Shown piece by piece: positions 1 through 8,846 of a DNA stretch of 64,000 nucleotides. This DNA comes from Acidimicrobiaceae bacterium (GTDB taxonomy: Bacteria > Actinomycetota > Acidimicrobiia > Acidimicrobiales > RAAP-2), in NCBI GenBank assembly GCA_003163875.1, contig PLRK01000100.1, forward strand, positions 10,739-74,738. Direction: 5' to 3'. Both the position numbers and the translations under genes were made by a program. The notes beneath the pieces were generated by a model. The model made no database searches. It was not told the DNA's origin and was given only the letters and a program-made list of their open reading frames with translations. Positions within the stretch are counted from its first letter, which is position 1. Each line of letters begins with the position of its first letter.

Positions 1-1077
1 CACGAGCGAACGAATCGAAACGTTTCCGAGCTTCCCTTTGGTCTGACCCTCGAACTGAGGTGAGGCGAGTTTGACAGAGACAATCGCCGTGAGACCTTCG
101 CGAATGTCCTCGCCAAGCAAATTGTCGTCTTTCTCCTTCAGCAGGTTTCTCTTGCGCGCGTAGCGATTGACGACGTTGGTTATTGCCTTGCGGAATCCCT
201 CTTCGTGCATTCCACCCTCAATCGTGGATATTCCATTCGCGAATGAATGAATGCTTTCGTAGTAACCCGTATTCCATTGAAACGCGACTTCCACTTCTTG
301 TGCGTCCTCGGACTGCTCGTAGAAGCCAACTTTTCGAAATAGCGACTCTTTGGCGTTATTCAGGTGACGTACGTAGTCCACGATGCCGCCGTTGTACTTG
401 TATGTCTCTTTTAATTCGCGACCCTTCCGCTGGTCCTCGAAGCGAATCTCAAGGCCCTTATTCAAAAAAGCCATTATCTGAAGTCGCTCAAGTATCGTCT
501 GGGCGCGAAAATCGACATCCTCAAAAATCGTGGGGTCGGGAGTGAACCTTACGGTCGTACCGGACCTCCCTCGCGGTGCGGCACCGGTCACTTTCATTTT
601 TCCAACGGGCTTGCCGCCGTTCTTGAAGGTCAGAATGTGATGTTCCCCATCGCGATCAACTTCGAGGACGAGCTCGGTGGAAAGTGCATTCACAACCGAA
701 GCGCCGACGCCGTGCAAACCACCAGAAACCTTGTAGCCCCCGCCGCCGAATTTCCCACCGGCGTGAAGCACCGTGTAGACCACTTCAGCCGCAGATTTGC
801 CTGGGTAATTGGGGTGGTTCTCGACAGGGATCCCTCGTCCATCGTCCATAACGCGACAACTTCCATCGGAGAGAATGGTGACGTCAATTCTCGTGCAAAA
901 GCCCGCCATGGCTTCATCCACTGCATTGTCAACGATTTCCCAGACCAGGTGGTGCAGACCCGCCGGCCCGGTCGACCCGATGTACATTCCTGGTCGAACC
1001 CGAACCGGTTCGAGACCCTCAAGTACGGTGATGTCACCGGCTCCATAGCCGGCTGATCCCTTGGACTTCTGGGCCAC
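1..1077 (-). CDS. gyrB: DNA gyrase subunit B, N-terminal part (runs off the window start)
   Basis: Absent from the ORF track because no stop falls in the window. Hand translation from GTG at 1077 gives [58 protein letters not shown], and [13 protein letters not shown] at 60-22. AGGA lies upstream. Confidence 0.97.
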   Translation of the reverse strand, partial: [359 protein letters not shown]

Positions 1078-1213
1078 GAAGGATTCCTTTCGGTAGCGAT
1101 TTTTTGGCGCTTTTCGCGCGCCCGACAACAACATTTAGGCTGCATCATCCTACCTGTTTTGGGCCTACTTCAAAACCCCAACGGTCGCGACGAACCTCGG
1201 TGAAGCGCGACGT

Positions 1214-1519
1214 TCACGACGCCGTGATGACCGCGCGAAGCGACCTCGGCGCACTCGTACCGAGTGAAGAAAAACCTTCGAGAATCAACTCGCGTTCGGA
1301 GTTGATTCGTTGCGCGAATGCTCCCGAAGGGACGCTGATGAGAAGGACGCCATTCTTGATGAACTCTGGCCGGCAGTGTTCGGCCAACACGGGATCCACA
1401 ACACTGGGCCAGAGACGGCGAACATCGTCAATCACCCGAAGATCAACTTTTCGCAAGCGTCCCGCGAGCGTGTTCAATAGTTCACCAAGTGTCCGTGGTT
1501 GGTCTCGATACTCACTCAC
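1214..1519 (-). CDS. DUF721 / DciA-family protein (putative replicative helicase loader)
   Basis: 101 aa between recF and gyrB; W-P-x-V-V...HC-R-P...GVLLISVPSGAFAQ pattern; same position as actinobacterial DciA. Confidence 0.8.
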   Translation of the reverse strand: MSEYRDQPRTLGELLNTLAGRLRKVDLRVIDDVRRLWPSVVDPVLAEHCRPEFIKNGVLLISVPSGAFAQRINSERELILEGFSSLGTSAPRSLRAVITAS

Positions 1520-2598
1520 AGCAACGACTCACTCAAATCGACAACCGCGGCAGGATTCATGGAACTCGGGAGTGGTGACGCTGTCGTCACCAGGGTTTGA
1601 CCGACGGGAAGGAGTTGTAACAATCGTTCGCTTCGTAAAGGATCGAGTTCACTGAACACGTCATCGAGGAGGAGCAAGGGGTCGAGGCCTCGTTCTTTTC
1701 GAACCAACTCGTGGCCCGCGAGCCGAAGGGCAAGCGCGAGCGATCGTTGTTCGCCTTGGGACGCCTGACGACGAGCATCTCGTCCTGCGAGGGTTAGCTC
1801 AATATCGTCTCGTTGGGGACCAATCGTTGAATGTCCTCGAAATACATCGTTGTGTAGCGCCCCGTGGAGTGCATCACGCAATTCGCCTCGCCATGACCTT
1901 TCGTATCGAACACCAACATCAAGTATGTTGTGGGAAATTTCTTGGTAATAACTCGTGACAAGCGGACTCAGTTTCTCGAGAAGTTGAATGCGAATCTCCA
2001 CGATCTCCTGTGCCGCCGAACAGAACTCTTCGTCCCAAACGTCGAGTTCGCTTTGTTGCGTAAGGCGCGGTGATTCGCCCTGAAGAGATCGTAGGAATGC
2101 GTTTCGTTGACTCAAGATTTGATTGAATTTCTCGATGTGTTCGCCAGTTGACAAATCGACGTCGGTGAGGAGATTCGTCAAATAGGATCTTCGTGGCTCG
2201 GGGCCCTGACGAACAATGTCGACGCCTTCGGGCGTAAACACCGTGAGTGGTAGTACTTCAGATATTGATGCTCTGGTCCGCGGTCGTTGTCCATTCACCA
2301 ACATCTTTTTTGTTGTATTCCTCGGTCCTCTCGTGAGGGTGAGATCCACTTGTACGCGCCGAGCTTGTTGAAACAGGACGCCATGAACCTCCGCAATGTG
2401 CTCGCCGGTCTTTATCATGTCACCAGCCGAGTTCGTTCGGAACGACGATGCGGTGGCGAGCGCAAACACGGCTTCAAGCAGGGAGGTTTTTCCTGTCCCG
2501 TTGGGTGATAGTAGAACCGTGATTGCGTCGGGGTCGGGTTTAAAGATGAGTTCGCTGAAGGGGCGAAAACTACGCAATGTGAGCTCGTGGAGTCCCAC
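1516..2598 (-). CDS. recF: DNA replication and repair protein RecF
   Basis: PNGTGKT P-loop, SQGEQRSLALALRLA signature, LLLDDVFSELD Walker B; downstream of dnaN. Confidence 0.96.
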   Translation of the reverse strand: MGLHELTLRSFRPFSELIFKPDPDAITVLLSPNGTGKTSLLEAVFALATASSFRTNSAGDMIKTGEHIAEVHGVLFQQARRVQVDLTLTRGPRNTTKKMLVNGQRPRTRASISEVLPLTVFTPEGVDIVRQGPEPRRSYLTNLLTDVDLSTGEHIEKFNQILSQRNAFLRSLQGESPRLTQQSELDVWDEEFCSAAQEIVEIRIQLLEKLSPLVTSYYQEISHNILDVGVRYERSWRGELRDALHGALHNDVFRGHSTIGPQRDDIELTLAGRDARRQASQGEQRSLALALRLAGHELVRKERGLDPLLLLDDVFSELDPLRSERLLQLLPVGQTLVTTASPLPSSMNPAAVVDLSESLL

Positions 2599-2611
2599 GA
2601 CCGTCGTCTAG

Positions 2612-3712
2612 CTACTGAACGCGAACGGGCATCAGGAGGTAACGAAACCTCGAATCGTCTACGCCGTGAACCATTGCTGGTCGCACGGAATCTGACACCT
2701 CGAGCACTACTTCGTCTCCTGGAACTGCCTCGATTCCGTCGATTAGAAAACTGGGGTTGAAGGCAATGGTGATTTCCTCACCGTTGTAGTCCGCGTCGAC
2801 GTTGTCTTCGACATCGCCGGCGTCGTGACTCTGGGTTCGTATCTCGACGTTCTTATCTTTCATCGTGAGGCGAACCGATGAGGTTGAGTCTTTGGCAAGA
2901 AGCTTCGCTCGTCGGAGTGACGTAAGCAGCGTGTCTTTGGCGATTCGTAGTTGGTTGGGGTAGCTCGCAGGAATTAGTTGTAACACCGAGGGATAGTTTC
3001 CGTCGATCAATCGAGACGCGACGGTTGTTGTGCCGACAACAAAACAAATCTCGGCGTCGGTGATGGTGACGCCGATTTCTGCGTCGGTGGGCAAGCTCGC
3101 GGCGGCGCGTTGCAATTCCTGAAGCGCTCTCGCAGGAACGAGGAGATCTTGTGTGCCTCCGATCCCCTTCACTCCAGGAACGTCTCGGACCGCAAGACGG
3201 TAGGAGTCGGTGGCGATCAATCGCAACATTCCGTCATCGGTTGTAAAGAGCACACCAGTCAGTAGTGGTCGGGCGTCATCGCTCGCTGCGGCCCGCACAA
3301 CTTGATTGAGTCCTTGAATTAAATCAAGTGCGGGGACTGCGGTTAGTGCGCCGGTGATGGGCGGAAGGTTTGGATAATCAACGACTGAAAATGTACGGAG
3401 GGAGAATTTCGCTCGTCCGAGTGAAATTTCAACGTTTTCGTCGCCGCTGGCTACGGTAACGGCACCCACCTCTAAAGAACGAACCGCGTCAACAATGAGC
3501 CTCGCCGGCACAACTGTTGAACCGTCCTCGTGTCCAACAACGTCAACGGTGGTGCGAACGGTGATATCCAGGTCAGTGCCGGTCACAACGAGTTGATTTC
3601 CGGTGAGTGTCAAGAGTATTCCTGACGAAGCACCAACGAAACGTGTGGCAACAACACGGCTAGCAGCACTAAGTGCTTCGACCAAAATATCTCGCTCTGA
3701 TCTGAACTTCAT
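2612..3712 (-). CDS. dnaN: DNA polymerase III beta sliding clamp
   Basis: 366 aa; ATDSYRLA, SRLIDGNYP, IAFNPSFLIDG and C-terminal YLLMPVR motifs. Confidence 0.98.
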   Translation of the reverse strand: MKFRSERDILVEALSAASRVVATRFVGASSGILLTLTGNQLVVTGTDLDITVRTTVDVVGHEDGSTVVPARLIVDAVRSLEVGAVTVASGDENVEISLGRAKFSLRTFSVVDYPNLPPITGALTAVPALDLIQGLNQVVRAAASDDARPLLTGVLFTTDDGMLRLIATDSYRLAVRDVPGVKGIGGTQDLLVPARALQELQRAAASLPTDAEIGVTITDAEICFVVGTTTVASRLIDGNYPSVLQLIPASYPNQLRIAKDTLLTSLRRAKLLAKDSTSSVRLTMKDKNVEIRTQSHDAGDVEDNVDADYNGEEITIAFNPSFLIDGIEAVPGDEVVLEVSDSVRPAMVHGVDDSRFRYLLMPVRVQ

Positions 3713-3962
3713 CGAACTACCTTTCTTTACTGCTGAGGATACGGTGTGTTGTGTGTGTAAAGGACTCTTAGTAGTAGTAGGGGTGTGGAATTGTGGATTC
3801 CGCTCTAAAATACCTGATTATGTACCAAATTCAACTAGAGGATATTTACACAACCTTGTCAATAACTCTCTCAACTCTAAAAACTCAACTCTAAAGTCCT
3901 GTGCGACAAACAGCACTTTCCAACGCGTAATCAACAATCAAAACCCAACGTCACACACATCG
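3713..3962. other. Chromosomal replication origin oriC (dnaA-dnaN intergenic region)
   Basis: 250-bp AT-richer gap between dnaA and dnaN with DnaA-box-like 9-mers (3784-3792, 3792-3800, 3844-3852, 3900-3908) and a TAG-trio tract; gene orientation and nearby parS sites agree. Confidence 0.88.
3769..3800 (-). promoter_or_regulatory. oriC basal unwinding module: two overlapping DnaA boxes + C-run + four DnaA-trios
   Basis: Minus strand reads GAATCCACA-ATTCCACA-CCCC-TACTACTACTA; plus strand has TAG x4 at 3769-3780. Same layout as the Bacillus subtilis box6/box7-GC-trio element. Confidence 0.85.
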
Positions 3963-5333
3963 TTAGTCGCGCCCATCCCCCTGTAGACGGCGCTTCAGTT
4001 GATTGATTTGCGCCAAGAGCTCGCTATTTACAGCAAGCTGGTCTTTAATTTTCTCGACGCCGCTGATAACCGTTGTGTGGTTTCGTCCGTCGAAAATTCG
4101 CGCGATCATCGGATACGAGTAGTTATCCAACAAATCCCTTATGAGATACATCGCGACGTGACGAGCGTGAACAAGGGGACGAAGACGTTTTGACCCACGA
4201 ACATCGTCAACCGACAATCCATAAAAATCTGATACGACCGCAAGAATTGTTTCGGGTTTCAAAATAATTTGTTCTTGTCCGAGATTTGTTAAATGATTCT
4301 TTGCAAGCTCTAAGGAAATAGGTTCTTGTCGCAAATTTGCGAACGCGCGAAGCATGGTGATCGAACCCTCGAGCTCTCGAATATTGTCGCGTACGCGCTG
4401 GGCTATCCACTCAGCAACATCATCAGGCAAGCCAATACCTTCACGCTCAGCCTTTGAACGAAGTATTGCGATTCTGGTTTCGAGATCAGGCTGATCAATT
4501 TCAGTCACCAGACCCTGAAGCAGTCGACTTCTGAATCGTTCCTGGAGACCGGCAAGATCTCGGGGTGAACGATCAGAGGTAAGTACTATTTGCTTGCCCT
4601 CACCATGAAGTGCGTTGTAGGTATGAAAGATCTCCTCATGAAACGTCTCACCGCGTGTCTCCATGAATTGAATGTCGTCAATCAAAAGAACGTCGTTCTC
4701 TCGATATCGGTCATGAAGGGCTAATTGCGTGCGAGTCTGAATCGCTCGAATGAAGTCGTTCAAAAATGTTTCGGTTGATACGTAGAGAACTTTGCGACCG
4801 GGGTAGTTCTCCTGCACGTAGTTTCCGATGGCGTGCAGTAGATGGGTTTTTCCAAGCCCCGAGTTTCCATAAATCATTAGTGGGTTGTACGCACGTCCCG
4901 GGGTTTCCGCAACCGACTGTGCTGCTGCAAAGGCCAGGCGGTTTGACGAACCAGGGACGAAAGAGTCAAACGTCATTCGAGGATCGAGCCTCGCGGGCTT
5001 GTCAACACTCGGCGAAAAATTTGTTGGTGGTGGAGTTGAATTCGCGGCAGACTCAAGGGGTTTGCCGGGCTCTACATCAGGGATTACGTCACTCACTGTT
5101 AACGAAACCGTCACGTCTTCGCCTACTAACTGTTGGGCCTGCTCGGTGAGAAAGGGAAGAAATCGCTGCTGGATCCGGAGGAGCTGAATTTGGTTTGGCG
5201 CGCCAATGACGAGCTCTTTGTCGTGGTAATCCACAAGGTGAAGTGTGTTGAGTCCAGCAGCCCAGACAGCCTCAGAAGCGTTGCCCCGTAAGGAATCTCG
5301 AAGAGCTAACCAGATCTCCTCCCCACTCTGCAC
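3963..5333 (-). CDS. dnaA: Chromosomal replication initiator DnaA
   Basis: YNPLMIYGNSGLGKTHLLHAIG, LLIDDIQF and IRELEG motifs. Start moved from 5369 to GTG 5333 because GGAGG lies just upstream. Confidence 0.98.
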   Translation of the reverse strand: MQSGEEIWLALRDSLRGNASEAVWAAGLNTLHLVDYHDKELVIGAPNQIQLLRIQQRFLPFLTEQAQQLVGEDVTVSLTVSDVIPDVEPGKPLESAANSTPPPTNFSPSVDKPARLDPRMTFDSFVPGSSNRLAFAAAQSVAETPGRAYNPLMIYGNSGLGKTHLLHAIGNYVQENYPGRKVLYVSTETFLNDFIRAIQTRTQLALHDRYRENDVLLIDDIQFMETRGETFHEEIFHTYNALHGEGKQIVLTSDRSPRDLAGLQERFRSRLLQGLVTEIDQPDLETRIAILRSKAEREGIGLPDDVAEWIAQRVRDNIRELEGSITMLRAFANLRQEPISLELAKNHLTNLGQEQIILKPETILAVVSDFYGLSVDDVRGSKRLRPLVHARHVAMYLIRDLLDNYSYPMIARIFDGRNHTTVISGVEKIKDQLAVNSELLAQINQLKRRLQGDGRD

Positions 5334-5371
5334 AATCTTCCTCCACAGACCCAAACCTACGTTTTCCACAA

Positions 5372-5380
5372 GCCAAATCG
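5372..5380 (+). promoter_or_regulatory. DnaA box in the dnaA promoter region (autoregulation)
   Basis: TTTTCCACA matches the TT(A/T)TNCACA consensus; weaker boxes lie nearby (TCCTCCACA 5339-5347). Confidence 0.7.
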
Positions 5381-5544
5381 GCGAAAGTATAAAATTCGCG
5401 GGACTCAGGGAGAGTCACCATACACCTATTTTCACCACCTTGCCGAAGGGGTCTGTGGGTCGGGTAAGATTTATCCCAGCAGCGCGCCAGCGACCCCCAG
5501 GGGGTACCGCGAAGCGCATCATGACATTTTGAGAAGAGGATTCT

Positions 5545-5679
5545 GTGAAGCGTACTTATCAGCCGAATAAACGGAAAAGGGCTAAAACTCACGGTTTTCG
5601 TGCGCGTATGCGCACCCGTGCCGGTCGTGCCGTCCTAAAGGCTCGTCGCAACAAGGGCCGTCACCAACTGACGGTCTAG
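5545..5679 (+). CDS. rpmH: 50S ribosomal protein L34 (bL34)
   Basis: Too short for the ORF track. GTG start gives [44 protein letters not shown]; GAGG upstream. Confidence 0.98.
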   Translation: MKRTYQPNKRKRAKTHGFRARMRTRAGRAVLKARRNKGRHQLTV

Positions 5680-5683
5680 ATCG

Positions 5684-6010
5684 GTGCCCGGTCGGGTTCG
5701 AACCCGACGGCAATTCGCACTTTTCGCTACACCGACGGGGCGAGGACAAAGTGGGCCGCTGCGAGTAAGTTTTGTGGCTCAGGAAAGTTCTCAATACCCA
5801 GATGTGGCGTACGCGATCAGCCGAAGGGTTGGAAATGCGGTGTCCCGTAACCGCATCCGACGCCAACTCCGGGCGCTAGTAGACGACCTTAACCCTCAAC
5901 CACGCTCTGGTTTGTACCTCATCAGGTGTGGTTTTGAGACAGGAAACCTTTCATATGACCAACTCCATCATCACCTCCACCAAGCACTGGTGCGCGCCGG
6001 TGCCCTCTAA
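5684..6010 (+). CDS. rnpA: Ribonuclease P protein component
   Basis: AISRRVGNAVSRNRIRRQLR (RNR motif); follows rpmH. Confidence 0.93.
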   Translation: MPGRVRTRRQFALFATPTGRGQSGPLRVSFVAQESSQYPDVAYAISRRVGNAVSRNRIRRQLRALVDDLNPQPRSGLYLIRCGFETGNLSYDQLHHHLHQALVRAGAL

Positions 6011-6257
6011 GCCATCCCCGCTCGCGTCAGGAATATTATTTTTGATCAGGATTTATCAAGAATTTTCATCCGGTCGACCTTCCCCTTGTCGTTTCTACCC
6101 ATCGTGTTCGCACTACGCATTCGAGGCGATTGAGGGGCACGGGGCTTTTCGGGGGTCATTGATGGCCCTTCGTCGCTTGAGCCGGTGTCGCCCCTTTGGG
6201 CCCCACGGCGTGGATCTCGTACCAGAACCAAGGAAAGCTAGGAGTGCGAAGTCATGA
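6000..6257 (+). CDS. yidD: Membrane protein insertion efficiency factor YidD
   Basis: CRFYPSCSHYAFEAI...G...LRRLSRCRPF motif; start placed at in-frame GTG 6000. Confidence 0.92.
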   Translation: MPSKPSPLASGILFLIRIYQEFSSGRPSPCRFYPSCSHYAFEAIEGHGAFRGSLMALRRLSRCRPFGPHGVDLVPEPRKARSAKS

Positions 6258-7207
6258 AATCCCTCAGACACGACATTGGCAGCATTTTTCAGCCAATTTT
6301 CCACCTCTTTGGATGGATTTTGGCGTTTTGCTACGGAATTATCCCGAACTATGCCATAGCGATCGTCATGCTTACGGTGATCATCATGGGTGCGCTCACA
6401 CCGTTCACCATCAAAAGCACAAAATCCATGATGTCGATGCAAAAGCTTCAACCAGAGATAAAGAAATTGCAACAAAAATACAAGGGCCCTGAAAATCGCC
6501 AGTTACTAAACGACGAAATGATGAAGCTTTACAAGGCGGAAGGGGTCAATCCCCTCGGGGGCTGCCTGCCCGTTTTGCTGCAGGCGCCCTTCCTTTTCAT
6601 CCTCTATAGCGTCATTAAGGGTCTTGCAAATAAGACACTTGTCGGCAAAGTCCTAGAAGCTCAACCCCGTTACATTCCTAAGAGTTCCAAGATGTACACG
6701 AGTTTGGTCCACTCGGGCGGTCAAATCAAGGCGTTTGGTATGGATCTGAACCTTAAACCATTCAGCTCCCATGGTTCGATCATCGCCGCCATCCCGTTTT
6801 TTGTGTTCGTCGCGGTGGCGGTGGGACTTCAGTATTTCCAGATGGCGCAGATGAACAACCGAAACCGGAAAACTGGCCAAGCAATGCCGAGTCAGCAGTT
6901 GATGATGCAACGGTTCCTACCGGTTATTTTCGCATATTTCTATCTCATTATTCCGGCTGCTGTCGTGCTTTATATGATTATTTCAACAGGTATTCGTATA
7001 ATTACTCAAGACTTGATGTTCCGAGCCGGCGTAACCAACCCACACAAGGGCGTCCAGCGCTCTCTACCAGCACCCGAGACGAAAGAAGAGCCTGCCATCG
7101 AGGTGAAGCCACCGTCGACGACCAAACCCTCAACCCCGAAGCCCCCAGTCGTTCGACCACAACAGCAAACACGGTCACGGGCGAAGCGGAAAAGAAAGGC
7201 GCGTTAA
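6254..7207 (+). CDS. yidC: YidC/Oxa1 membrane protein insertase
   Basis: KLQPEIKKLQQKY, GVNPLGGCLPVLLQAP, multiple TM helices, basic C-terminal tail. Confidence 0.96.
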   Translation: MKSLRHDIGSIFQPIFHLFGWILAFCYGIIPNYAIAIVMLTVIIMGALTPFTIKSTKSMMSMQKLQPEIKKLQQKYKGPENRQLLNDEMMKLYKAEGVNPLGGCLPVLLQAPFLFILYSVIKGLANKTLVGKVLEAQPRYIPKSSKMYTSLVHSGGQIKAFGMDLNLKPFSSHGSIIAAIPFFVFVAVAVGLQYFQMAQMNNRNRKTGQAMPSQQLMMQRFLPVIFAYFYLIIPAAVVLYMIISTGIRIITQDLMFRAGVTNPHKGVQRSLPAPETKEEPAIEVKPPSTTKPSTPKPPVVRPQQQTRSRAKRKRKAR

Positions 7208-7210
7208 CCC

Positions 7211-8080
7211 ATGGATTGGGTAGAAACCACTGGAAAATCAATTGACGAGGCAACCGATCGAGCGCTCGCCCATCTGGGAGTGCATCGTGACGATGCAGAA
7301 ATAGAGATCATCGAAGAGCCGAAGGCCGGACTTTTTGGGCGGGTTCGAGGTGAGGCACGGGTTCGGGCACGGGTTCGGCCCTCTGGCCCCCGGCCCAAAC
7401 GATCCCGTCGCTCTGGCGGTCGTGAGGATCGACCACGTGGTCCGAGTTCGAAAGGGGAAAAACCCCGCTCTCCCAAGGTTGCCGACGGGGAAACACCTAG
7501 AAAAGACAAGGAAAAGGGTGGCGGAGCGAAGCGCCCAAGGTCAGAGCCGCCCAAGGGGGGCCCGCGTAAAGAGAAGATCTCAATGAAGGAGGACACAATG
7601 GCTGAAGGAATCTCATTGGCTGAGCAGGGAACGATCGCAAAGGAATTCCTCGAAGGGCTCCTTGCGTCGATGAACATTAAAGCTGAAGTCTCAGTGAAAG
7701 AATTGGACGAGGAAACCGTGGAATTAGCGGTAAATGCGAACCCTCCGACGGAACTCGGCGTACTCGTGGGGCCACGAGGCACCACTCTTCAAGCTCTGCA
7801 AGAGGTCACTCGGACTGTAGTCCAGTCAAAAAGCCCAAGTCGAACAGACCGAATTTTGGTTGACGTCGCACAATATCGAGAACGTCGAGTAGCGGCGCTT
7901 GGCCGATTTGCTCAGCAAGTAGCGCAAGAGGTCCAGGAAACTGGCGAAGAGCGGGCCCTTGAACCAATGTCAGCAGCCGACCGCAAGGCCGTACACGACG
8001 CCTTGACTGGAAGTTCTACCGTTGTGACCAGGTCTGAAGGCGAAGAACCTCGTCGCTTTGTGGTAGTCGCCCCGGCGTAG
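7211..8080 (+). CDS. jag: Jag/KhpB (EloR) RNA-binding protein (Jag_N, KH, R3H domains)
   Basis: N-terminal VETTGKSIDEA, KH VGPRGTTLQALQ, R3H LEPMSAADRKAVHDAL...RSEGEEPRRFVV. Confidence 0.93.
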   Translation: MDWVETTGKSIDEATDRALAHLGVHRDDAEIEIIEEPKAGLFGRVRGEARVRARVRPSGPRPKRSRRSGGREDRPRGPSSKGEKPRSPKVADGETPRKDKEKGGGAKRPRSEPPKGGPRKEKISMKEDTMAEGISLAEQGTIAKEFLEGLLASMNIKAEVSVKELDEETVELAVNANPPTELGVLVGPRGTTLQALQEVTRTVVQSKSPSRTDRILVDVAQYRERRVAALGRFAQQVAQEVQETGEERALEPMSAADRKAVHDALTGSSTVVTRSEGEEPRRFVVVAPA

Positions 8081-8087
8081 TCCCCGC

Positions 8088-8711
8088 ATGTCCACGGAAT
8101 GGCTCTCTCGCGCCCTCGAGGAATCGAGGGCGCGAGGTTTTTTGGGTCCAGGGGCAATTGAGCCTCAAATCGAACATGCCAACGGTTTTGCGCACTGTTG
8201 GGAGGAGATTCATGACTCTCCGCCTTTGAACTTTCTCGACCTTGGTAGCGGCGGCGGATTGCCAGGACTCGTGTTACTCGAGAGATGGGACTGCCGAGGG
8301 GTACTGCTCGATTCGATGACGAAACGCACAAAGTTCCTTGAAGAAGTAAGTCATTGGAATGGCGCACCAGGGCAACTTGAAGTTGTGACGGGAAGAGCTG
8401 AAGAAATCGCACGCGAGACCTCCTTCGATGGGGCATTTCACCTGGTTACAGCGCGTTCTTTCGGTCCCCCGTCGGTCGTTGCCGAGTGCGCAATTCGATT
8501 TCTGAAAATCGACGGCATTCTGGCTGTGTCTGAACCACCCGACGACGATGACGATCTCCGATGGAGCCGTGAGGGCCCGCAGGAACTTGGTTATGAGGAC
8601 CTGGGTCGCGTCCGATACGGCGCAGCGTTCAGGGTGCTCATCAAACGTCGCACAACGTCAGCCACCTTCCCTCGCGACGTGGGAATTCCCAAGAAGCGGC
8701 CCCTCTTTTGA
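8088..8711 (+). CDS. rsmG: 16S rRNA m7G527 methyltransferase RsmG (GidB)
   Basis: LDLGSGGGLPG SAM motif, GRAEE, VTARSF; canonical position before parA. Confidence 0.9.
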   Translation: MSTEWLSRALEESRARGFLGPGAIEPQIEHANGFAHCWEEIHDSPPLNFLDLGSGGGLPGLVLLERWDCRGVLLDSMTKRTKFLEEVSHWNGAPGQLEVVTGRAEEIARETSFDGAFHLVTARSFGPPSVVAECAIRFLKIDGILAVSEPPDDDDDLRWSREGPQELGYEDLGRVRYGAAFRVLIKRRTTSATFPRDVGIPKKRPLF

Positions 8712-8712
8712 T

Positions 8713-8728
8713 TGTTTCACGTGAAACA
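8713..8728. promoter_or_regulatory. parS centromere site 1
   Basis: TGTTTCACGTGAAACA perfect consensus; palindrome extends to 20 bp (8711-8730). Confidence 0.95.
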
Positions 8729-8810
8729 ATCAAGTCGATAGGGGCCTAGACGAAGGTTCGCTGTTGATCGCAATACACCACTTATGGTTGGCGCCTCGGT
8801 CTTCCGAGAA

Positions 8811-8826
8811 CGTTTCACGTGAAACA
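8811..8826. promoter_or_regulatory. parS centromere site 2
   Basis: CGTTTCACGTGAAACA. Confidence 0.93.
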
Positions 8827-8846
8827 GGAAGAGGATCCGGTGACGT

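Noticed and set aside
183-1148. ORF-track entries 183-545, 637-1056, 690-1148 and 809-1048
   Set aside because: Shadow or alternative frames over gyrB, which the track missed because its stop lies outside the window.
2490-2520. RecF P-loop reads SPNGTGKT rather than GPNGxGKT
   Set aside because: A single substitution with the rest of RecF intact; not enough to argue loss of function.
5690-5710. GGTTCGAA motifs here and near 45880 resembling a tRNA T-loop
   Set aside because: No cloverleaf, acceptor stem or D-arm can be built around either.
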